Shown here: positions 52,911 through 61,003 of the stretch, piece by piece | How positions within the stretch are numbered: position 1 is the stretch's first letter | Layout: each line of letters opens with the position of its first letter | NCBI GenBank assembly: GCA_934270565.1 | Contig: CAKQPR010000005.1 | Coordinates: forward strand, 20,249 to 84,248 | Source: an uncultured Clostridia bacterium | GTDB lineage: Bacteria; Bacillota; Clostridia; Christensenellales; Pumilibacteraceae | DNA length: 64,000 nucleotides | Direction: 5' to 3' | Made by a program: the position numbers and the translations under genes | Notes under the pieces: generated by a model | Database searches by the model: none | What the model was told of the DNA's origin: nothing | What the model saw: the letters and a program-made list of their open reading frames with translations, nothing else

Positions 52911-53992
52911 GCGTAAAAATATTGCACGAAGGAACAAACACTTCTTTTTCGTCTGCCGAAAAACGCCGCGAAAACGTGCCGGAACAAATACCGTTTTCGG
53001 CTAAGAAACAGACAATATTTTTCGATCGGCCGCCCGTGATTACGGGAAGAATGTCCGTGGCGGGTCAAAAAGAGGGCAAAGGTCCGATAGGCAAGTATAT
53101 CCGCAAGGTTTACGACGACGATAAACTGCACGAGAAAACTTTCGAAAAAGCCGAAACAGACATGCTTACCGACGCAATCCGCGGAGCTATCGCTTCGTCG
53201 GGAAAGCTGAAAGATGAAATAGACCTGCTGATTGCGGGCGATCTCTTAAACCAGATTACTTCGTCAAGTTACGTTGCGCGTGAAATAGGTTTGCCTTATC
53301 TCGGAGTTTACAGCGCTTGCTCGACAATGTCCGAAAGCCTCGCCGTAGGTGCTGCTATGCTGAACGCGGGGTATTACGAAAACGTGGTTTGTGCGACGGT
53401 CAGCCATTTTGCTACGGCGGAAAGGCAATTCCGTTACCCGCTCGAATACGGGTGTCAGCGTCCGCCGTATGCGCAATGGACGGTAACCGCCGCGGGCGCT
53501 ACGGTTCTTTCGGCGAAAGGCGAGGGACCGAGAATTGTTTCGGCAACCATAGGAAAAGTTATCGATTTCGGAACAAACGACCTTAATAATATGGGCGCGA
53601 GTATGGCTCCCGCCGCCGCGGACAGTATGAGCGCGTTATTTTACGAAACGGGTACTTCGCCCGCAGATTACGATCTGATTATAACGGGCGATCTCGGCAA
53701 GCTCGGGTCGGATATTCTACGCGACCTTATGCAGGAGAAGGGGTATTTTCTCGGCAAAAACTATATCGACTGCGGCTGTCTGATTTACGACGTAACGCAG
53801 AAATGTTATCAGGGCGGAAGCGGTTGCGGTTGCAGCGCTTCGGCGTTCAATTCCTTCGTTCTCGATAAGGTCGATTCGGGCGAGTATAAGCGCGTGGCGT
53901 ACTTTGCGACGGGCGCTCTTATGAGCTCGCAAAGTTGTTATCAGGGCGAAACGATTCCTTGCATAAGTCACGGTATCGTGGTGGAGGCTTAA
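52907..53992 (+). CDS. spoVAD: Stage V sporulation protein AD (thiolase-like fold)
   Basis: QTIFFDRPPVITGRMSVAGQKEGKGP, YSACSTM, GGSGCGCSA. GTG start overlapping the spoVAC stop. Exact start uncertain. Confidence 0.88.
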   Translation: MSVKILHEGTNTSFSSAEKRRENVPEQIPFSAKKQTIFFDRPPVITGRMSVAGQKEGKGPIGKYIRKVYDDDKLHEKTFEKAETDMLTDAIRGAIASSGKLKDEIDLLIAGDLLNQITSSSYVAREIGLPYLGVYSACSTMSESLAVGAAMLNAGYYENVVCATVSHFATAERQFRYPLEYGCQRPPYAQWTVTAAGATVLSAKGEGPRIVSATIGKVIDFGTNDLNNMGASMAPAAADSMSALFYETGTSPADYDLIITGDLGKLGSDILRDLMQEKGYFLGKNYIDCGCLIYDVTQKCYQGGSGCGCSASAFNSFVLDKVDSGEYKRVAYFATGALMSSQSCYQGETIPCISHGIVVEA

Positions 53993-53993
53993 G

Positions 53994-54365
53994 ATGATAT
54001 TGAATACTTTACTCACATATTTGATCGTGTTTGCAAGCGGCGGTTTTTTCTGCTCGATCGCGCAGATTTTCATAATAAAAACAAAGCTTACGCCCGCAAG
54101 AATTCTCGTGATTTTCCTTATAGGCGGAATAATTCTCGAAACGCTCGGGGTGTACGACTATTTATATAAAGTTCTGCAAGCGGGAATTTCCGTTCCGATC
54201 ATCGGCTTCGGCGCGGCGCTTGCCAAGGGCGCGATAATCGGCGCTCGGACGAACGGTTTTATCGGAGCTTTTGCGGGCGGACTGATAAGGACGGCTTACG
54301 GAGTAGGCGCGGCGGTTGTGGCAAGCTATGTCGTAACGCTTGTATTTTCTCCTAAATCGAAGTAA
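53994..54365 (+). CDS. spoVAE: Stage V sporulation protein AE (SpoVAEb-type)
   Basis: 123-aa membrane protein (GGFFCSIAQ...GISVPIIGFGAALAKG) in the conserved spoVAC-AD-AE order. Confidence 0.88.
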   Translation: MILNTLLTYLIVFASGGFFCSIAQIFIIKTKLTPARILVIFLIGGIILETLGVYDYLYKVLQAGISVPIIGFGAALAKGAIIGARTNGFIGAFAGGLIRTAYGVGAAVVASYVVTLVFSPKSK

Positions 54366-54397
54366 AATTTTGATTTCTGTCGGCATATATTCATAGT

Positions 54398-55060
54398 ATG
54401 GAATGCTATGTGAAAAAACGGAAACGGCGGGGTGCGTATATCGCCGTTTTTGTTATAGTCGCGGTTTTAGCAGCGTTGATTTCATATTTGCGCCTTGTAG
54501 TTTTACCGGTAGCGCAGGCTTATGCGGCGGACAGAATAAAAGCGAAAACCGTCGCCGCGGTAAACTCGTCGGTTGCTTCTACGCTTGCGACCGACAGATC
54601 GACGTCGGACGTCGTAAGCGTTACTTACGGCGCGGAAAATAACGTGACGTCGGTTTCGGTCGATACCGTGGCGTTGAACGAAATCGTAAGAAACGTCATA
54701 AAATCGGTGCAATCCGCGCTCGACGCTTTCGGGCAGGGCGGGATCGTTATACCTGCGGGCACGCTTTCGGGTATTACTTTCGTTTCCGGTTTGGGTCCGA
54801 ACGTGAACGTGCGCGTAGTTCCGGTGGGGATTGTGGGGGCACGGGTGGAAACGAGTTTTACGGAAGTTGGCATAAATCAAACCCGTCACGTTATAGGGCT
54901 GAAACTCGTAACCGACGTGGATTTGTACCTTGCTGGGGCGAACGGGGCTGTGGAAACGGTGACGGAAGTGCCGGTTGCCGAACATATAATAGTGGGGAAA
55001 ATCCCCGACACTTACCTGAGAGCCGCAACGTTTCAGGATATGATGGATCTTGTGGGTTAA
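54398..55060 (+). CDS. yunB: Sporulation protein YunB
   Basis: N-terminal TM, IPAGTLSGI...GLGPNVNVRVVPVG...EVGINQTRHVI...IVGKIPDTY matches the YunB family pattern. No obvious SD, so the start could be the GTG at 54410. Confidence 0.8.
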   Translation: MECYVKKRKRRGAYIAVFVIVAVLAALISYLRLVVLPVAQAYAADRIKAKTVAAVNSSVASTLATDRSTSDVVSVTYGAENNVTSVSVDTVALNEIVRNVIKSVQSALDAFGQGGIVIPAGTLSGITFVSGLGPNVNVRVVPVGIVGARVETSFTEVGINQTRHVIGLKLVTDVDLYLAGANGAVETVTEVPVAEHIIVGKIPDTYLRAATFQDMMDLVG

Positions 55061-55065
55061 AACGC

Positions 55066-55094
55066 TTGCATTATTTTTACGGTTGTGTTACAAT
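55066..55094 (+). promoter_or_regulatory. pheST leader promoter TTGCAT-17-(TGt)TACAAT
   Basis: TTGCAT 55066-55071, TACAAT 55089-55094 with an upstream TG. Confidence 0.55.
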
Positions 55095-55095
55095 A

Positions 55096-55341
55096 TAACA
55101 AAGCGTTTACGACGGCATAAGATAAGTGCAGAATCAGAGAGCGTTCCAAGGCTGAAAGAACGCGTCGCACCCAGAATATTCACCGTCACAGCTCGTTTTC
55201 TGAAGGCCGATTTGAGTTGCGTAGGAAAGCGCGGTTTGCCGCGTTACAGGCAGAAGAGGCGGCGATTATTGCCGTGAACCTTGGGTGGTACAGCGTAAAT
55301 TTTACGCCCCGCGGACTTATACGTCGCGGGGTTTATTTTTT
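55096..55341 (+). promoter_or_regulatory. T-box riboswitch leader (Phe; candidate specifier UUC at 55179-55181) with terminator
   Basis: AGAGAG box (CAGAGAGCG), distal GCTGAAAG, specifier-loop-like GAATAUUCA, T-box AACCTTGGGTGGTACAGCG (55277-55295), terminator CCCCGCGGAC...GTCGCGGGG + T-run (55307-55341). Directly upstream of pheS. Confidence 0.85.
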
Positions 55342-55351
55342 AGGAGGCAGT

Positions 55352-56374
55352 ATGAAAGAACAGCTTGACGAAATTCTCAAAGAGGCGCTTTCGGGAATAG
55401 AGGTTGCCGACGATACCGATAAGTTGACGGCTATTAAGGTTGCTTATCTCGGTAAAAGCGGTAAGCTTACCGGTGTTATGAAGAATATGCGCGACGTTCC
55501 GCCGGCGGAACGCCCTGCGGCGGGTAAACTCGTAAACGACGTGCGGGAAAAAATCGAGTCCGCGCTCGACGAAAAGTTTAAAAAGCTCGCGGCGGCAGAG
55601 CTCGAAGCGAAGCTCAATCGCGAGAAAATCGACGTTACGATCGACAGGCAGGACAGGACGCGCGGCGGTTTGCACCCGCTGACTCAGATGCAGAACAGGG
55701 TTGTGGACTTTTTCTCGTCGCTCGGTTTTGCGATCGTTGACAGTCCGGAAATCGAAACCGATTACTACAATTTCAAGGCGCTTAACATTCCCGACAATCA
55801 CCCCGCCCGCGATATGCAGGATACGTTTTATATTACGGATAATATTCTGCTTCGTACTCAGACTTCGGCAGGGCAGGTTCGTACCATGGAGAAGCAGAAG
55901 CCGCCTATAAAAATGGTTACGATCGGCAGAGTTTTCCGTTCCGACGATGCGGACGCCACTCATTCGCCCGTGTTCTATCAGATCGAAGGGCTTGTCGTGG
56001 ACAGAAAAGTCACGATGTGCGACCTCAAGGGTATTCTTGCAAAGTTCGCGCAACACTTTTTCGGCGAGCGTACTCAAATCCGTTTCCGCCCGTCGTACTT
56101 CCCGTTTACCGAACCGAGCGTCGAAGTGGACGCTTCCTGTCCGTATTGCGGCGGCAAAGGGTGCAGGGTTTGCAAGGGAACAGGTTGGATCGAGATCCTC
56201 GGCGCGGGTATGGTAAACCGCAACGTGCTTACGACTTGCGATATTGATCCCGACGAATACACGGGCTTTGCGTTCGGTATCGGGCTCGATCGTATCACGA
56301 CGATCTGCCATGGCATAAACGATATGCGGCTTGAGTACGAGAACGACGTTCGTTTTCTTAAACAGTTCAACTGA
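55352..56374 (+). CDS. pheS: Phenylalanine--tRNA ligase alpha subunit
   Basis: FRSDDADATHSPVFYQIEG and GFAFGIGLDR. Start trimmed to the ATG at 55352, which is preceded by AGGAGG. Track codons upstream are the T-box leader. Confidence 0.96.
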   Translation: MKEQLDEILKEALSGIEVADDTDKLTAIKVAYLGKSGKLTGVMKNMRDVPPAERPAAGKLVNDVREKIESALDEKFKKLAAAELEAKLNREKIDVTIDRQDRTRGGLHPLTQMQNRVVDFFSSLGFAIVDSPEIETDYYNFKALNIPDNHPARDMQDTFYITDNILLRTQTSAGQVRTMEKQKPPIKMVTIGRVFRSDDADATHSPVFYQIEGLVVDRKVTMCDLKGILAKFAQHFFGERTQIRFRPSYFPFTEPSVEVDASCPYCGGKGCRVCKGTGWIEILGAGMVNRNVLTTCDIDPDEYTGFAFGIGLDRITTICHGINDMRLEYENDVRFLKQFN

Positions 56375-56385
56375 GGAGGTTCACA

Positions 56386-58767
56386 ATGAAATTACCGCTT
56401 TCATGGTTAAACGAATACGTTACGGTAAAAGACGATCCGAAAACGCTTGCGGACAAGCTGCTTAATATCGGATTCGAAGTCGAAGAAATTATATACGTCG
56501 GTAAAGGGATCGAAAACGTTGTTGTCGGCGAGATCGTATCTATCGAAAAACATCCTGACGCGGACAAGCTTCAGGTTTGTTCGGTAAACGTCGGTAAGGA
56601 AAAACTTGTTATTATAACGGGTGCGCACAACATTGCGGTCGGAGATAGAGTTCCTATTGCGCTTGACGGTGCAAACCTTCCGAACGGCACGCATATCGTA
56701 TCCAGCCCGCTTCGCGGAATTATGAGTTACGGAATGATGTGCTCGGGCGAGGAGCTTTGCATTGACGATAACGTAATAGAGGGGGCAGAAGTTCACGGTA
56801 TCCTTATTCTGGACAAAGACGCGCCCATAGGCGAGGACGTGAAAAAGGTTCTCGGGCTCGACGAGTATGTTTTCGATATATCCGTTCCCGCAAACAGACC
56901 CGATTGTCAGTCTGTTTACGGTATGGCAAGGGAAATTGCCGCGATTTACGGAACGCAGGCGAAAAAGCCCGAAATCGGATATAATGATGTAAAAACCGAA
57001 GGAAAACCCGTAAAAGTTACGATCGAAGCGCCCGATCTTTGCTCGGCGTATACCGGCAGAGTCGTCAGCGACGTGAAGATAGCCAAATCGCCGAAATGGA
57101 TGCGCGATCGCCTTCGTTACGTCGGAATTCGCGCGATAAATAACGTAGTGGACGTTACAAACTATGTTCTTGCCGAAATCGGTCAGCCGCTCCATGCATT
57201 CGACCTTAATCTTGTCAAGAACGAGATAAAAGTGCGTCGCGCCGCAAGCGGCGAAAAAATCGTTGCGCTCGACGGGCAGGCTTACGATCTGAACGAAAAA
57301 ATGCTCGTTATCGCCGACGAGACCAAACCCGTTGCTATCGCGGGAATTATGGGCGGCGAATACAGCGGAATCAACGAAGATACGCACTCGGTTTTTCTCG
57401 AAGCGGCGAGATTTGCAAAAGAAAATATTCGCGCCACATCGCGTGCGATCGGGCTCAGATCGGATTCGTCGGCGCGTTATGAAAAAGGCGTTGACTTTAA
57501 CAGCGTAGAGCTCGGCAGAGAACGCGCGCTTACGCTTTTCGACAAGCTTGGCGCAGGTAAGGTTACTTCGCTTGCTTCTCGCGGCGGAGAAAAAGAGCAG
57601 CCTCTTAAAGTTATCGAAACGACGGTTGATAGGATAAACGAGCTTTTCGGAATTACGGTAAAAGCGGAAGATATGGTAAGAATTCTTACTTCGCTTGAAT
57701 TCGTAGTTGAAAGAGACGTAAACAAGCTTACCGTAACCGTTCCGAAATTCCGCGAGGACGTTGATAACTATACCGATCTTGCGGAAGAGGTAATTCGTTT
57801 CTATGGGTATTCCGAACTTACCGAAGATTTCATCAAGTCCGTTCGCCCCACGGTCGGAGGTGTAAGCGTCAGACAGAAAAATATTTCCGATATTAAAAAC
57901 ATGATGGCGGCTTACGGTGCGCTCGAAGCGTATAATTACTCGTTTATAAACTACAAGGTTTACGATAAACTTCGTATTGCGTCCGACGATCCGCGCCGTA
58001 ACGTTATCAGAATTATCAATCCTCTCAGCGAAGAATTCGGCGTTATGCGCACTCAGCTTGTCGGAAGTATGCTGAATTCGGTGTACGTCAATACGAGCCG
58101 TAAAAACAACGATTTCAGACTTTTCGAAATTGCGAGAACGTATATTCCGAAGAGTTTGCCGCTTACCGAACTTCCGGAAGAACACGATACCCTTTGCGCG
58201 GTGTTTGTCGGTAAGAGCGAAGATTTCTACGCTTTGAAGTCGGTTGTCGGTAACGTTCTTAAGAACAGGGTTGAACTTACGATTGAGAGGTCGAACGAAC
58301 CGTTCCTTCATTCCGGAATTTCCATCGATCTTTTCGAGGGTGGTAAAAAATTCGGCTACGTCGGAAAAATTCATCCGACCGTTGCGGAGAACTTCGGTAT
58401 ACCCGAGGACGTCTATGTTGCCGAAATCGATCTTAGCGGGTTTATTTTCGATGCGGAAAAGATCGTTCGTTTCAAACCGCTTCCGAAATTCCCCATAGTC
58501 GATCGCGATCTTGCCGTTACGGTAAAAGAGAGTTGCACCGTCGGCGAGCTTATTGCCTGCATACGCGAGAGCATAGGCGAACTGTGCGAGTCGGTCGAAC
58601 TGTTTGACGTTTATCAGGGCGAGCAGATCGAAAGCGGATTCAAGAGCGTTGCTTTCAGTATAAAGCTTTATTCAGATGAAAAAACTCTTGTGGACGCTCA
58701 GATTCAAGAGTGTATGAATCGCGCCGTCGAGGGGCTCGGTAAACAATTCGGAGCAAAACTCAGATAA
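56386..58767 (+). CDS. pheT: Phenylalanine--tRNA ligase beta subunit
   Basis: MKLPLSWLNEYV, tRNA-binding OB domain, B3/4, B5 and FDX-ACB domains. 793 aa. Confidence 0.96.
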   Translation: MKLPLSWLNEYVTVKDDPKTLADKLLNIGFEVEEIIYVGKGIENVVVGEIVSIEKHPDADKLQVCSVNVGKEKLVIITGAHNIAVGDRVPIALDGANLPNGTHIVSSPLRGIMSYGMMCSGEELCIDDNVIEGAEVHGILILDKDAPIGEDVKKVLGLDEYVFDISVPANRPDCQSVYGMAREIAAIYGTQAKKPEIGYNDVKTEGKPVKVTIEAPDLCSAYTGRVVSDVKIAKSPKWMRDRLRYVGIRAINNVVDVTNYVLAEIGQPLHAFDLNLVKNEIKVRRAASGEKIVALDGQAYDLNEKMLVIADETKPVAIAGIMGGEYSGINEDTHSVFLEAARFAKENIRATSRAIGLRSDSSARYEKGVDFNSVELGRERALTLFDKLGAGKVTSLASRGGEKEQPLKVIETTVDRINELFGITVKAEDMVRILTSLEFVVERDVNKLTVTVPKFREDVDNYTDLAEEVIRFYGYSELTEDFIKSVRPTVGGVSVRQKNISDIKNMMAAYGALEAYNYSFINYKVYDKLRIASDDPRRNVIRIINPLSEEFGVMRTQLVGSMLNSVYVNTSRKNNDFRLFEIARTYIPKSLPLTELPEEHDTLCAVFVGKSEDFYALKSVVGNVLKNRVELTIERSNEPFLHSGISIDLFEGGKKFGYVGKIHPTVAENFGIPEDVYVAEIDLSGFIFDAEKIVRFKPLPKFPIVDRDLAVTVKESCTVGELIACIRESIGELCESVELFDVYQGEQIESGFKSVAFSIKLYSDEKTLVDAQIQECMNRAVEGLGKQFGAKLR

Positions 58768-58770
58768 CAA

Positions 58771-60987
58771 GTGACTAACAATAATCGGAAAACGGAATTA
58801 CTGGCGCCCGCAGGCAATATGGAAAGTCTGCGGGCTGCTGTAAATAACGGAGCGGACGCCGTGTATCTCGGCGCTCGCGATTTCAGCGCGCGCTCCAAAG
58901 CGGCTAACTTTGACAGAGAAGAGCTTGCCGCCGCCGTCAGGTATGCGCATTTATTCGGTGTTAAAGTTTATCTTGCGATAAATACGATACTGAAACCTTC
59001 CGAATATAACGGCGCGATTGAAGTTGCAAAATATGCGATTTCGGTTGGCGTTGACGCGTTTATAGTACAGGATCTTATGTTTGTCGATATTTTGCATAGT
59101 ACTATGCAAAATGCGGAAATACATTTGAGTACGCAATGCGGCATTCATAACGTATACGGTGCGATTGCCGCAAAAAAACTCGGAGCAACCCGCGTCGTTC
59201 TTGCTCGTGAAACAACGATCGAGGATATAAAAAGAATAAAAGACGAGGTCGACATAGAACTTGAATATTTCGTTCAGGGGGCGTTGTGCGTTTCGTTTTC
59301 GGGGAATTGTTATCTGTCGTCCTTGAGCGCGGGGTTGAGCGGCAACAGGGGTAAATGTTTGCAGTTGTGTCGTAAGAAATATTCTTACGATAATAAGCGC
59401 GGTTGCTTACTGTCGGCGAAAGATATCGATCTGTCGGGTAAACTCGACGAACTGACGAAGCTTGGGGTAAAATCGTTTAAAATCGAAGGCAGAATGAGAA
59501 AACCCGAATACGTTGGAGGCGTTACCGCGTATTATCGTGCGATTTTGGACAATAAAAAAGCCGACCATACGGAAATCGAAAGATTGTTCAATCGCGGCGA
59601 TTATTGTTCGGCATATTTGAAAAATCCGACCGAGAACGTGATTTATCCGTATATTCAAGGGCACAAAGGATATAAAATCGGAAAAGTGGTCTCGGTGAAT
59701 GGAAAATTTGCCAAGTTGACTTTGAAAAAACCGTTGAAAAAAGGTGATGGCTTAAAATTTATAAGCGGAAACTACGAAACGGGTAGTGCGTTTGTAAATT
59801 CAAACGGTTACGAAACCACGTTTTCGGGTAAAGTTAAACCGAACGACGAAGTTTACCTTACCACGGACGTCGAGCTTGAAAACAAAATCCGTACCGTAAA
59901 ACGCTCTTTACCTGTTTCGGTTAAACTTACTGCGGACGGAAATACGCTGATCGCCGTTGCCGAATACGGTAATGCCTTGGTTGAAAACAAAGCCGATATC
60001 CTCGAGCCTGCCGTAAACGCTCCGTTTTCGGAGGAGAGATTTAAAAACTGTTTTGAAAAATCCGGCGACGTTTTTAGTTTGGGTTCGTTTAATTGCTCGG
60101 CAGAGGGGAAATTCGTTGCCGTGTCCTTATTGAACGAGTTCCGCCGCGAAACGTATTCGAAGCTTGAAAATGCGATTGTGATTGCATATGACCACTGCAA
60201 AAAACGCGTCTTGCATAGTACTATGCAAGACGGTGAAAATTTAAAAACGGCGATAGACGGGTTGCGCGGTTTGACTTTTATCGATAACGCAACTATAATT
60301 CAGACAGACTCCGAGCAAGCCGATAAATATCTTCCTTACGCCGATTACGTCGCATATTTTCCTAAGGACTATTCCTCAGCGGAAAACGTCTTATCGAAAC
60401 TCGGTCCGAAGGCTATGCTTGTTTTGCCTGTTATGATACGAGGCGAGGACGAACAAGTTATTAAGAATTTGCTTGACAAAACGCAAAACGTGATGGTAAA
60501 CAATATCGGACATATCGAACTTTGTCAAGGCAAAAACGCGATTTTCGGACCGTTTATGAACGTTATAAATCCCGAATTTCCTTTTCCCGCGATTATGTCG
60601 CCCGAATACGACGGCAGAGAATATGCGGATAAATTCGTTTACGCGTTCGGGCGTTTTGCTGCCATGACGTTCGCGCATTGTCCGAATAAAACTCTTAACG
60701 ACGGAAAATGTGCGGGCAAAAATTGTGACTTTACTCGGCAAAAATGTTTTTACACGGACGAAAGCCGAAACGTTTTCCCGATAAGGCATTACAAAGTCGG
60801 CTATTGTTATGCGCAACTTATGAATTGCGTGCCGATAAATGTGCTCGATTATACCGATAAGTATGGGCTTAATCGTAAGTTTATCGATCTTACGGGGTAT
60901 GCCGCCGATAACGGAATTGATATTCTCAAGGGGAAAGCGACCGTTTCGGAGTTTACCCGAGGCTATTTCAGACGTAAGCTTATCTGA
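58771..60987 (+). CDS. U32 family peptidase (collagenase-like, long form)
   Basis: ELLAPAGNMESLRAAVNNGADAVYLG and the U32 signature EYFVQGALCVSFSGNCYLSS. GTG start. 738 aa. Contains palindrome copies A and B. Confidence 0.88.
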   Translation: MTNNNRKTELLAPAGNMESLRAAVNNGADAVYLGARDFSARSKAANFDREELAAAVRYAHLFGVKVYLAINTILKPSEYNGAIEVAKYAISVGVDAFIVQDLMFVDILHSTMQNAEIHLSTQCGIHNVYGAIAAKKLGATRVVLARETTIEDIKRIKDEVDIELEYFVQGALCVSFSGNCYLSSLSAGLSGNRGKCLQLCRKKYSYDNKRGCLLSAKDIDLSGKLDELTKLGVKSFKIEGRMRKPEYVGGVTAYYRAILDNKKADHTEIERLFNRGDYCSAYLKNPTENVIYPYIQGHKGYKIGKVVSVNGKFAKLTLKKPLKKGDGLKFISGNYETGSAFVNSNGYETTFSGKVKPNDEVYLTTDVELENKIRTVKRSLPVSVKLTADGNTLIAVAEYGNALVENKADILEPAVNAPFSEERFKNCFEKSGDVFSLGSFNCSAEGKFVAVSLLNEFRRETYSKLENAIVIAYDHCKKRVLHSTMQDGENLKTAIDGLRGLTFIDNATIIQTDSEQADKYLPYADYVAYFPKDYSSAENVLSKLGPKAMLVLPVMIRGEDEQVIKNLLDKTQNVMVNNIGHIELCQGKNAIFGPFMNVINPEFPFPAIMSPEYDGREYADKFVYAFGRFAAMTFAHCPNKTLNDGKCAGKNCDFTRQKCFYTDESRNVFPIRHYKVGYCYAQLMNCVPINVLDYTDKYGLNRKFIDLTGYAADNGIDILKGKATVSEFTRGYFRRKLI
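59089..59112. repeat. Palindromic element copy A: 24-bp perfect palindrome ATTTTGCATAGTACTATGCAAAAT
   Basis: Read directly. Core TTGCATAGTACTATGCAA at 59092-59109, translated as LHSTMQ. Confidence 0.95.
60207..60232. repeat. Palindromic element copy B: 26-bp perfect palindrome CGTCTTGCATAGTACTATGCAAGACG
   Basis: Read directly. Core at 60211-60228 is identical to copy A and is translated as LHSTMQ. Confidence 0.95.
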
Positions 60988-61003
60988 TTACGGAGGCAAA
61001 AAA

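Noticed and set aside
54383-54401. Inverted repeat CATAG-N9-CTATG overlapping the yunB start, with partial resemblance to the palindrome family (CATAGTA).
   Set aside because: The arms are only 5 bp and the similarity to the core is limited to 7 nt. This is compatible with chance.
59089-60232. Whether the repeated palindromes could be a CRISPR array or the terminal inverted repeats of a MITE or IS.
   Set aside because: There are only two copies, 1.1 kb apart, and the intervening DNA is continuous conserved U32 peptidase coding sequence. There are no cas or transposase genes and no target-site duplications. I kept them as an unexplained palindromic repeat family instead.
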